Of a stretch of DNA of 64,000 nt, positions 23,619-32,430 are shown one piece after another (position 1 is the first letter of the stretch; each line of letters opens with the position of its first letter). Below the pieces are notes generated by a model. That model ran no database searches. It was not told the DNA's origin and was given only the letters and a program-made list of their open reading frames with translations. This DNA comes from an uncultured Chloroflexia bacterium (GTDB taxonomy: Bacteria; Chloroflexota; Anaerolineae; JAAYZQ01). The stretch spans positions 672,001 to 736,000 of the forward strand of contig CAVOXA010000014.1 in NCBI GenBank assembly GCA_963700285.1, given 5' to 3'. The translations under genes were made by a program, and so were the position numbers.

Positions 23619-23794
23619 TCCTGCCTCCTCCATGCCAGTACAAAGGCGCCGAAGGAAAGGATGGAGGGAACCCAAATGCCCACAAAGATGGCTTGCTCCT
23701 TTGAGCCAGCGAACCACAGGAATGTCGACAGCAAGAAAGACATACCGGCCGCCAACAGAATGCTATATCGGCTAATTCGCCACCAGTTGTTCAT
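23615..23794 (-). CDS. 59-aa two-TM micro-protein (copy A)
   Basis: MNNWWRISRYSILLAAGMSFLLSTFLWFAGSKEQAIFVGIWVPSILSFGAFVLAWRRQE; SD AGGAG; frame conserved in copy B; absent from ORF track. Confidence 0.75.
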   Translation of the reverse strand: MNNWWRISRYSILLAAGMSFLLSTFLWFAGSKEQAIFVGIWVPSILSFGAFVLAWRRQE

Positions 23795-23931
23795 TACCTT
23801 CTACTCCTTTTGCTTTTTTGACCATCACCAGCAGTGTTGCTTGCCCTGCTGATTGCGGTGACCTTCGTTCCCATTCGACGTTTATGCCTGATCACTCTTA
23901 TCCACCGATAGCCTTATTCTTATACCTTGAC

Positions 23932-23960
23932 ATGATACCATACCACCGTGGTTTTGTCAA
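23932..23960 (-). promoter_or_regulatory. Sigma70 promoter of micro-ORF/photolyase-paralog operon (copy A)
   Basis: TTGACA-17bp-TATCAT. Confidence 0.7.
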
Positions 23961-24093
23961 GAATTTGAAATGAATTTCGCGTTAAGAACGCGTACAAACT
24001 TGACAAAAACTGTGCACTTTCGTGCGCTATCCCTTAGTCCATCCTCAACGAAACGGTTCGTACAGATTGCACTTGGCGCAAGGCTGTTCGGTC

Positions 24094-24420
24094 ATGACGG
24101 CAGCAGAATACGAGTCGATGATCCAGGAACTGCTCACCCACGCAAACGAAGAGATGGGGCATGCTTGTGTCCTGTCCGACCAAATCGATTTCCTGGGAGG
24201 ATTCCGGGTGGTGGACGTGGAGGAGATCAAGACCTCGGGCGACAACACAGAGATGCTCGAGCAGGATCTGTCAGGCGAGTTCCAGGCCATTCCCGCTACT
24301 TAGGAGCGGATCCCTGAGGCCGAGTCACTTCAGGAGTATGGACTCAGGCGTACCCTGGAGGACATTCTGATTGTCGAGGAGGAACACGCCTGGGACCTAC
24401 TGACCGCTCTGGGCCGCTAA
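24094..24420 (+). pseudogene. Bacterioferritin-like remnant (copy A)
   Basis: HANEEMGHA, MLEQDL..E, ILIVEEEHA ferroxidase motifs; first helix missing, frameshift. Confidence 0.7.
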
Positions 24421-24532
24421 GTGAGCAACAGAAACCGAATCCACAGTGGGCTGATTCGATCCCAACCCCAGACTTGCCTGATCCAGCATGCCAGGCAGAT
24501 CACGGCGAGCAAAGAGGGGGCGGTAGAAGAAA

Positions 24533-24568
24533 AAGAGGTGAGCCCGCCGGGAAGCAGGATCACCTCTT
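24533..24568. terminator. Hairpin terminator between bfr remnant and DUF4397 (copy A)
   Basis: AAGAGGTGA...TCACCTCTT inverted repeat with A-run; also present at 50478-50516. Confidence 0.65.
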
Positions 24569-24585
24569 GCAAAGAAGGAGAAGCT

Positions 24586-25398
24586 CTAGTCCTCGATATT
24601 GATCTCGGACCTGCGAGTCCGAAGGACGAAGCCACCGGCGATCAAGGCCAGGCCCGCGCCCAGGACAAGCAGCAACCAAGAGTTTGTGGTCTGGCCGCCC
24701 GTCGTCGGCAAACTGGCAGGCGTGGCCACGTCGTGGCTGGCATCAACGCTGGGCACCGCCGTCAGGGCAGGCTCACCGCTGGCCAGGCCCATGGCAAAGA
24801 TGGTGTACACCGTTCCGTCCTCAAGTGTCACCCCGGGCACGCTCAAGGCCACTGCATCCGTACCAGCGAGACGCGCTTCCAGGTCATAGGTGCCGGCATC
24901 GACGGGTAAATAGTCACCCACTCCCTTGAACGCTACATCTGAGAAGAGTACGGGACCACCGTTCGCCACCGCGATGTCAACGGCCGGGGCATCGGGTGAA
25001 GCGTGCACAAAGCGTACGTGGGCCTTGCCGACGGCGGGGGCACTGTTGTTGTCTATCAGGACCAAGGGCTCGATGTTCTCCAGCGTGCCGACAGCAACGA
25101 CCGTGTAATCGGTCTGCGTCGCTAGGTCGAGATTGGCATCAATGACGATAGGCTCTGTGGCGCCGGTTGGGGACACCTGGACATTATAGGAGCCGGGCTC
25201 GAGCACGGCATAGTCGGTGATCCCTTTGAAAGGCGCATTGCTGAATGCTACGGCGCCGTTGACCCAGACGTCAACTGCCGGAGCATCGGGTGAGGCGTGC
25301 ACGACACGCACACGAGCTTCGTGACCATCAGCAAAAGCACTAGTGGCCAGGACCAGACTGAGAACCAGAACAGCAGAGACTACGAATAGACGTTTCAT
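24586..25398 (-). CDS. DUF4397 surface protein with LPXTG sorting signal (copy A)
   Basis: Signal peptide, two RVVHASPDAPAVD-type repeats, LPTTG + TM + RTRR tail. Confidence 0.9.
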   Translation of the reverse strand: MKRLFVVSAVLVLSLVLATSAFADGHEARVRVVHASPDAPAVDVWVNGAVAFSNAPFKGITDYAVLEPGSYNVQVSPTGATEPIVIDANLDLATQTDYTVVAVGTLENIEPLVLIDNNSAPAVGKAHVRFVHASPDAPAVDIAVANGGPVLFSDVAFKGVGDYLPVDAGTYDLEARLAGTDAVALSVPGVTLEDGTVYTIFAMGLASGEPALTAVPSVDASHDVATPASLPTTGGQTTNSWLLLVLGAGLALIAGGFVLRTRRSEINIED

Positions 25399-25444
25399 TT
25401 TTTTCCTCCATGCTACCTGTGATTTGATGAACTACCATATGAGG

Positions 25445-25484
25445 AGTATAGCACAGAAATCTTTTTTTGTCAAGTCTTTGTCCA
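25445..25484 (-). promoter_or_regulatory. Sigma70 promoter of DUF4397 gene with 11-bp-phased TnnACA repeats
   Basis: TTGACA-17bp-TATACT; TGGACA exactly 11 bp upstream of the -35. Confidence 0.7.
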
Positions 25485-25681
25485 TATTCTTTACGGATTT
25501 CTAATGCCGCCCCTCCTGTGTCTGGTTGATTCAGACAGAAAGTGATTTTCTATCTCTGAACCATTCGCTGCGATGTTGGGCTGAGGGTTCGCGGGCCGGC
25601 CAGATCAACTACCCCCTGGCTGACGTGCTGCAACCAGGGGATAGTATGCTGCGGAGCAGGGCTGGGTCAGATGGCCATCGT

Positions 25682-27945
25682 CTAGGATTCCAGGGCGGCC
25701 TTGACGCGCTCCGGCGTCATAGGCAGGCGCCGCAACCGGACACCCGTCAGAGCAAAGAGAGCATTGCCGATGGCAGGGGCAATCGGGCCGATGGGTGGCT
25801 CGCCCAGGCCGCGCGGTCTGCCATCGGGCGCTTCGAGCAGGATCGTCTCTACCTCCGGCGCCTCGGCCATTCTGATCAACGGATAGCGGTCAAAGTTACC
25901 GGCCTGCACGCGGCCATTCTTGACCGTGATCTCTTCCATGAGCGCGGCGCTGGTGCCCATCACAATGCAGCTCTCGATCTGGGCCCTGGCCCCGTCGGGG
26001 TTGATGGTCCGGCCAGCATCCACCGCGGCCACCACCCGGTGAACCTGGATCCGACCACTATCTCGGTCCAGCGAGATCTGAGCAACTTCGACGACCACGG
26101 TCCCGCCGTCGCTACTGCAGGCGATGCCCTGTACTCGACCCTGAGGTTGGGGCTTCTCCCCAACGGGCTCGCGCCGCCGCCGCTTCCAGGACGGCGCCGC
26201 ATGCGCCGTCCAAGAGCATCGTCGAGGCAGGTGAGCCAGGCGAAAAGCAGAGGATCGACGCCTGCCGCGAAAGCAAGTTCGTCGACAAAGCTCTCGATGG
26301 CGAAAGATATTGGCCATCAGGCCCAGGCCACGCCACGAACCGGTGGGGATCGGCATGGGCGTCTCCAGACCGTGGTATCCCGGTTGGCGATGTCATAGAG
26401 GATTTGGCGCGCCACGGGTCGAGCCAAAGTCAAAGCCCAGGATCTTGCCAACAGGGGCGGGAAAGGCGCCAAACAGCGCGTCGCCACTGGCCTGCTCGTG
26501 GCATAGGCTTCGATCTCGCCCCTGGTCGTCCAGGATCGCGCTCAGTCGGTGATGGGTGAGCGGGCGCACAAAGCCATCGCGCATTTCTTCGAAACGGTCC
26601 CAGCCGACGTGGACCGGCGCGCCCACGGCCCTAGACAGCCGGGCCGCTTCCACGGCAGCACTGGGTACCGGATCGAGCTCGATCTTGCGCCCAAAGCCGC
26701 CACCCAGATAGGTGGGAATGATCTCGACCTGCTCTGGTTCCAGGTCAAGGGCCGCAGCCACCTCCCTCCGGACGCTCATCTCGAACTGGGTGGAGGTCCA
26801 TACCTTGCCCCCGTCCGGGCCGACGATGGCCAGAGCGGCCTGGGGCTCCATGGGAGCATGGGTGGCCATTCCACTGCGATACTCGGCCGTTATGGCGATG
26901 CCCCTTGCTTGAGGAGCGAGGAGACATCACCCTACCGTCTGGATGTTCACACCGCCGCGGCCTCCGACGGTGACCAACTCCTCCAGCTCCTGCCTGCTGC
27001 CAACAGGTAGCCTTCATCCCATTCCACTTCCAGGGCATTACGGGCCGCCCAGGCCTCGAGACGCGACTTGGCCACCACGCCGGCAAAGCCATCCTCGATC
27101 ACCACCTTGACCACACCAGGCATGCTCTCTGCCTCGCCCGGTCCCGCAGAACAGCATCTTGGCCTCTATCGTCGGCCGGTGCACAGCCGCTCCATAGAGC
27201 ATGCCTTCGGCACGAGCGTCGTAGCCAAAGATGGCCTCACCGGTGACCTTGGCGGGCAGATCGACGCGGGGCAGCGATTGGCCTATGAACTTGTACTCAC
27301 TCGCTGGCTTGAGCGGGACCTCGTTCTTCCGGTATCTTCCATGCTACCTCGCGCTGGCCACCAAATCTCCGTAGCTGACCCTGGTTTCAGGATCTGTCCG
27401 CCAGCTCAAAGCCGCCATCGCGGGCGACCAGGGCCTCGGCGGGCTGGTTCAGCACACTGGCCGCCTCGGCGCGCAGCGTCTCTCGCAGGGTCGCCGCGGC
27501 CTGGCGCAGAGGATCGTAGAGGGTGGTCACCGACATGCTGCCGCTGGTGCCCCGAAAGCTGTCGTCGGCCTGGCTGGTGCTGGCATGCTGCACCTCCAGC
27601 TTGTTCCCAGGCGACTTCCAGTTCTTCGGCAGCGATCTGCGCCAGGGCGGTGTGGATCCCCTGGCCCATCTCCGCCTTGGGTACGAATACGAGGACGCGC
27701 CCGTCGGGGTAGACTTCGAACCAGAGCAGGGGATCGAGCGTGCCGCTGGCAAAGCCGCCAGCATCTCCTTCGGTCAGCCCTGCCGCTGCTCGGCGGAGGG
27801 GCGGCAGGCCCAGCGGGATGCCCAGGGCAAGGGCGGCGCCAGTCGCCGCCATACCTATCAAGAACCCGCGCCGGCTGATGTACCATTTGCGCTCGGCATC
27901 GTTCGGGAACCTGGCCGTTCTGCTGTTGCTCGCCGATTCGCTCAC
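25682..27945 (-). CDS. Xanthine dehydrogenase family Mo-cofactor subunit (IorB-like), copy A, many indels (possible pseudogene)
   Basis: ISRRGFL Tat motif, KAEMGQG, HAPMEP, GGGFGRK, GLGEPP. Confidence 0.8.
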
Positions 27946-28433
27946 GCCGCACCTCCACCCGAGGCCGGTCCTGGGGCACTGGCCATCTCTGCGGCTGCGC
28001 GGTCAACCGCCCGCTTGATACGTCCGTAGGCGCCACAACGACAATAGTTGGCGCTCATGCCAGCGATGATCTCTTCTTCTGTGGGGTTCGGATTCTCTTC
28101 AAGCAGAGCAACCGCCCTCATCATCTGGCCGCTCATGCACCAGCCGCACTGGTGCACCTGCTCGTCCAGGAAGGCCTGCTGCACTGGATGCAGCACCCCC
28201 TCGCTGGCCAGCCCTTCGATGGTGCGGATGGCCTTGCCCTTGGCAGCCGACAGCGAAGTGATGCACGAGCGCGTAACGTTGCCGTCCAGGTGGACCTCGC
28301 AGGAGCCACAGATCCCCACGCCGCAACCGAACTTGGTGCCGGTCAGTCCCAATTCGTCGCGCAAGACCCAGAGCAGGGGGCGGTCTGGCTCATCTGCCAT
28401 TTCATATGTTTTTCCATTAACCACGATTTCCAT
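27942..28433 (-). CDS. (2Fe-2S)-binding small subunit (IorA-like), copy A
   Basis: [30 protein letters not shown]. Confidence 0.92.
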   Translation of the reverse strand: MEIVVNGKTYEMADEPDRPLLWVLRDELGLTGTKFGCGVGICGSCEVHLDGNVTRSCITSLSAAKGKAIRTIEGLASEGVLHPVQQAFLDEQVHQCGWCMSGQMMRAVALLEENPNPTEEEIIAGMSANYCRCGAYGRIKRAVDRAAAEMASAPGPASGGGAA

Positions 28434-28496
28434 GCAATGCTCTCCTCACAAGCCTTGACGCTCATCAAGTGTGAAAGGTTGGGTGTCCGAATGGCC

Positions 28497-28628
28497 TCAT
28501 AGCATGCCCAGGATCATAGCGATGCCGACACCTAGCAGCAAGCCCGCGAATGTGCCAACCAATGCGCCAAGTGCTATACCGAGACCCCAACCCACGGCAG
28601 TCTGCAGACACCCTCTGGTTCTTCTCAT
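28497..28628 (-). CDS. 43-aa Gly-rich membrane micro-protein (copy A)
   Basis: MRRTRGCLQTAVGWGLGIALGALVGTFAGLLLGVGIAMILGML; SD AAGGAG; conserved at 54419-54550. Confidence 0.6.
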   Translation of the reverse strand: MRRTRGCLQTAVGWGLGIALGALVGTFAGLLLGVGIAMILGML

Positions 28629-28657
28629 GGCACTCTCTCCTTCACTCGCCAGCCGGT

Positions 28658-29310
28658 CTACACGTGATTCCGCAGCATCAATTCCTTGGGATAGGGATTG
28701 AGATACACCTGCTGGTGCACCCACTCCGGCACCGGGTAGCGGTTCAGGTGGTGCTTGAGCAGCGTCAAGGGCACGATCAGCGGCAGCAGCCCCGAACGGT
28801 AGTCCTCGATCAGATCGAGCAGCCCCTGCTTATCCTCACTTGAGAGGTGGTTCTTCAGGTAGCCCATCAGGTGCTGGAGTACATTCACATGCTTGCCCCG
28901 CGTGTCCATCACGCTTAGGCCTTCCATGAGCATGGGCACCATACTCGGCCTCAGTTCCTCCCATGTCTCGCTTGCCCGCATCGGCGACGAGGCGGCCCAT
29001 CTCGGTGTAGTGCTTGGGGCTGTGGGCCATGAGCGTGAGTTTGGGGGCGGTGTGGAAATGACCAAAGGATCGGCAGTCCTGTGGTTCCTTGTCCAGCATC
29101 TCTGTCCAGCGGTAGTAGGCAAAGACCCGCTCAATGAAAGTTCTCGCGGAGGGGCATGTCGTTGAGCCGGCCCTCTTCCTCCAGAGGCAGCAGCGGGAAA
29201 GCGATTCATGACCTCGCGGGGGAACATGCCGGTGTCGTTTTTCTGGGCCATTCCGTGCTTGTTGTAGACCTTGACGCGGAATAGACCCGACGAGGGGGAG
29301 TCCTTTTTAT
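28658..29310 (-). pseudogene. ybgA: YbgA (DUF523/DUF1722) 3' remnant 1
   Basis: KKDSPSSG...EEGRL...NVLQHLMGYLK...QVYLNPYPKELMLRNHV; N-terminus absent. Confidence 0.8.
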
Positions 29311-29470
29311 TGGAAGAGACTCAATCGACAGAAAGGGACCGTTGCTCAGCAGGCGTTTGGTTGTCAATCCGACGTGACTGGTCATACTCGTCTCGCGACT
29401 CATAGCCATCAGGTCTAGTGTGCTGCCACACCGACCTCTCTGTACCAAAAACTAGCGTCCATGAAGGGAA

Positions 29471-30113
29471 TCAGTGTCTCTTGGTCAGCCGAAAAAACCG
29501 TCGAATGAGACCGGGAAACAGCTTTCGGCGCAATCGCTTGGTAAAGGGATGAGCCGAGTCGATCTGGTCCAGCATATCGTAGCATTTCTCGGCCATCTCG
29601 CGTCGTCCGGTCTCAAAGAGATAAACGCCAAGAAGACCCATAAATCCCATTACTTCCGAAACGTGGAACTTTTTGCGCTTGGGATAGAGCAGCTTCAGAT
29701 CGAACTTGTGATCAACAATCTCTGCGATCCGATCGTAGTCACGCCGGGTAAGGCACAGCTCGCCGTAGTTTATGCGCGCAAACAAGTAATCGGGTCCGCC
29801 GGAAATTCTCCTCAATCGCCGCTTCGGCTTTGTCACGGTGCCCCGACAACGAATAGGCAGCGCTCAGATAGTTGTCAAACACTGGCACATTCGGATAGCG
29901 TTCTTTCCAATCGAGCAGCTCCGCTATCGCCTCAGAAGACCTCGTTTGAGACAAGTCGTGAAGCCGATTGATTGCTTCTTTGACCTCCGGGGGCAGCCGT
30001 TTGTACTCCCGATCGAGGATCGGCGCATCCGTGATTTCGTAAGTGACAACCTGCACTGTTTGCGAGCTGGGGAACTTACGAGCGGCCTGTTTCCGTCGTC
30101 TCTTTTTCGTCAT
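29471..30113 (-). CDS. Hypothetical TPR-like protein (one indel)
   Basis: Fragments 29739-30161 and 29471-29836 join near ...ENF/PDYLFARINY. Confidence 0.55.
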
Positions 30114-30203
30114 ATCTGTCTGGCCGAATGCATACCCAAACCACTTTTCACGCCTGGCCACAGTGGAATCGCCCCAGTATCTGCGCCCACTCGCGGTCTC
30201 GCT

Positions 30204-30632
30204 CTACTGCAGATACATCTCACCCGATACCTCCAGGGCGTCCTCTGGCAGGCCGTAAAACTCGCCTGTCGGAAACATGGACAACTCGTAGTGCTCGCTC
30301 GCGTAGCTATAGAACCCAAACCCCCACCGCTCCTCATTGCCAAAATATCGCAAGCGGCACAGAGGAGTCGGCGTGCTGCGCAGTCTCTGCAGGTACTCCT
30401 CCCGGCTCTCTGGCCAATCCGCAGGCGGCCAATCTGGGCTTTGCGGCTCTGGCTCTGTGTAGGCATCCACGTAACAGAATTGACCACGAAAGCGAATCTC
30501 CAAGCGAGTGTAGCGTCCGGCAAACCGCTCCTCGGCAAAGCGGCGCAATCGATTTTCTGTGCGCCGGCGCACGGCATCTGGAATCTTGACGCCGCCACTG
30601 TCCGGGTCGTGCACCCATTGCTTCTTAGCCAT
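30204..30632 (-). CDS. Hypothetical protein, co-transcribed with TA pair
   Basis: 142-aa ORF MAKKQWVHDPDSGG...LCRLRYFG, starts 12 nt after antitoxin stop. Confidence 0.65.
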   Translation of the reverse strand: MAKKQWVHDPDSGGVKIPDAVRRRTENRLRRFAEERFAGRYTRLEIRFRGQFCYVDAYTEPEPQSPDWPPADWPESREEYLQRLRSTPTPLCRLRYFGNEERWGFGFYSYASEHYELSMFPTGEFYGLPEDALEVSGEMYLQ

Positions 30633-30644
30633 TTCGTAGCATCC

Positions 30645-30911
30645 CTACGATTCCTCTGCCTCGATTGCCTGCCAGAACTCATCGTGGCGAACGCCGCCTG
30701 TTTCCCGAATCTGCGCCCGTCCTGCTTCCAATATGCTCATAAACTTGGGGGTGTAGGCCAGGACCAAGCGCTCCAGCTCTTCCTCATCCTCGATCGACAG
30801 CAGAACCGCTACCGGCTTGCCGTGACGAGTCACAACGACGGGTCCTTCTGTAGACGATCTCAAATATGCACTGAACTGCGCCTTTATCTCTGCCACTGGT
30901 GCTATCTTCAT
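30645..30911 (-). CDS. Phd/YefM family antitoxin
   Basis: EIKAQFSAYL...GPVVVTRHGKPVAVL. Confidence 0.88.
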   Translation of the reverse strand: MKIAPVAEIKAQFSAYLRSSTEGPVVVTRHGKPVAVLLSIEDEEELERLVLAYTPKFMSILEAGRAQIRETGGVRHDEFWQAIEAEES

Positions 30912-31231
30912 GACTCAACCTCCTCTCCGGCAATCGTCAACCGATCTCGAACCCTCACCCCTATCACCAGTATGTAGACAGCTCCGGCGTCCCGATCAAC
31001 TTCGTAGAACACTCGGAACCGGTTGTTCGGCCCGAAGCGAAGCTCCCACTCTGCCTCAAAAGCCACCGCGCGCTTCAGCGGCTTGCGATTTCTCGTCTCC
31101 ACCTCGGGCTCGAACTGCAACTGCACCTCTATCTCCCGGCGAATCAGCCCATAATACTTGCGCTCGATCGCCTTCAGATGCTCCTTGACTTGCGGTGCGT
31201 ACACCAGTTCAAAGACCCGTTTCGAGTTCAT
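30908..31231 (-). CDS. RelE/ParE family toxin
   Basis: RKPLKR...WELRFG..RFRVFYEV...VYILVIG; ATGA-coupled to antitoxin. Confidence 0.8.
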   Translation of the reverse strand: MNSKRVFELVYAPQVKEHLKAIERKYYGLIRREIEVQLQFEPEVETRNRKPLKRAVAFEAEWELRFGPNNRFRVFYEVDRDAGAVYILVIGVRVRDRLTIAGEEVES

Positions 31232-31241
31232 TATGACCAGA

Positions 31242-31269
31242 ATTATAGTCAGAAATCAGGATCTGTCAA
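31242..31269 (-). promoter_or_regulatory. Consensus sigma70 promoter of TA operon
   Basis: TTGACA-16bp-TATAAT ending 11 nt before the ATG. Confidence 0.75.
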
Positions 31270-31380
31270 GTTTTGGTTTCCAGAACGATTTTGTGCTTGT
31301 CGCAGCGGACGTCGCGCTGTTTGGGACTATCAGTTTCTTCGGGTATAGAATTCCGTAGAGATGTGAAGCAGAGACAAGTC

Positions 31381-32062
31381 CTATACATGATTGCGCAGCA
31401 TGAGCTCCTTGGGATACGGATGCAGGTAGACCTGCTGGTGCACCCAGTCGGGAACCGGATGCCGGTTCAGATGATGTTTGAGCAGCGTCAGCGGCACGAT
31501 CAGTGGTACCATGCCCTGCCGGTAGTCCTCGATGAGGCCCAGGAGCTCCAACGTACCGAAGGTACGCCTTGCCCTCACTCGAGAGGCCCTTCTTGAGGTA
31601 GCCCATCAGGTGCTGCAGCACGTTCACATGCTTGCCCCGTGTGCCCATAACAGCGAGGCCCAGCATGAGTTGGGCGCCGTACTCGGCTGTCAGTTCCTCC
31701 CAGTCACACCTGCCGGCGTCGGCGACGAGGCGGCCAATCTCGGTGTAATGCTTGGGGCTGTGAGCCATGAGCGTGAGTTTGTGAGCGGTGTGGAAACGCA
31801 CCAAAGGACCGGCAGTCCTTGAAGGACTGCCGGTCCTGCTATTCTCCAGCATCTCCGCCCAGCGGTAGTAGGCAAAGACCCGCTCGATAAAGTTCTCCCG
31901 CAGCGGCATGTCATTGAGCCGGCCCTCCTCCTTCAATGGCAGCAGCGGGAAGCGCTTCATGATCTCACGGGGGAACATGCCCGTGCCGTTGCGCTCTGCC
32001 ATGCCGTGCTCATTGTACACCTTGACCCCGAAAAGCCCTGAAGACGGCGAGTCCTTCTTATA
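31381..32062 (-). pseudogene. ybgA: YbgA 3' remnant 2 with palindromic insertions
   Basis: KKDSPSSG...ENFIERVFAY...FHTAHKLTLMAH...PKELMLRNHV; N-terminus absent. Confidence 0.8.
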
Positions 32063-32151
32063 AGATTGGACACAAGCGACAAAATCTCTCAAGCCTAAGC
32101 ACCCGTATCCTGATTCGAAAGCCTCCTGACGCATAGTGACCTACCACGGGT

Positions 32152-32290
32152 CTACACGTGGTTCCGCGGCATGAGCTCCTTCGGGTACGGATGTAGGTAT
32201 ACCTGCTGGTGCACCCAGTGGGGCACCGGGTAGCGGCTATAGTGATGCTTGAGCAGCGTCAGGGGCACGATGAGCGGCAGCAGCCCCTGC
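32152..32290 (-). pseudogene. ybgA: YbgA 3' remnant 3 (last ~45 codons)
   Basis: GLLPLIVPLTLLKHH...QVYLHPYPKELMPRNHV. Confidence 0.75.
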
Positions 32291-32430
32291 CTGGTCCAGA
32301 CCCTGCAGGACACCGTCCGGGTCGGTGGTGTCCTGCTGTGGGGTGTCCTCAAGGTCTGCGCCTGGTCGGACTCTTTGGTGACGATTTCTCTACCCTCTTT
32401 GGCACGCCCGTCAGCGACAGCCCTCGCGGC

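Larger units (their letters stand above)
20020..28630. repeat. Segmental duplication copy A (diverged, with deletions)
   Basis: Same gene order and alignable DNA as 37665-39860 plus 47590-54555. Confidence 0.92.
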
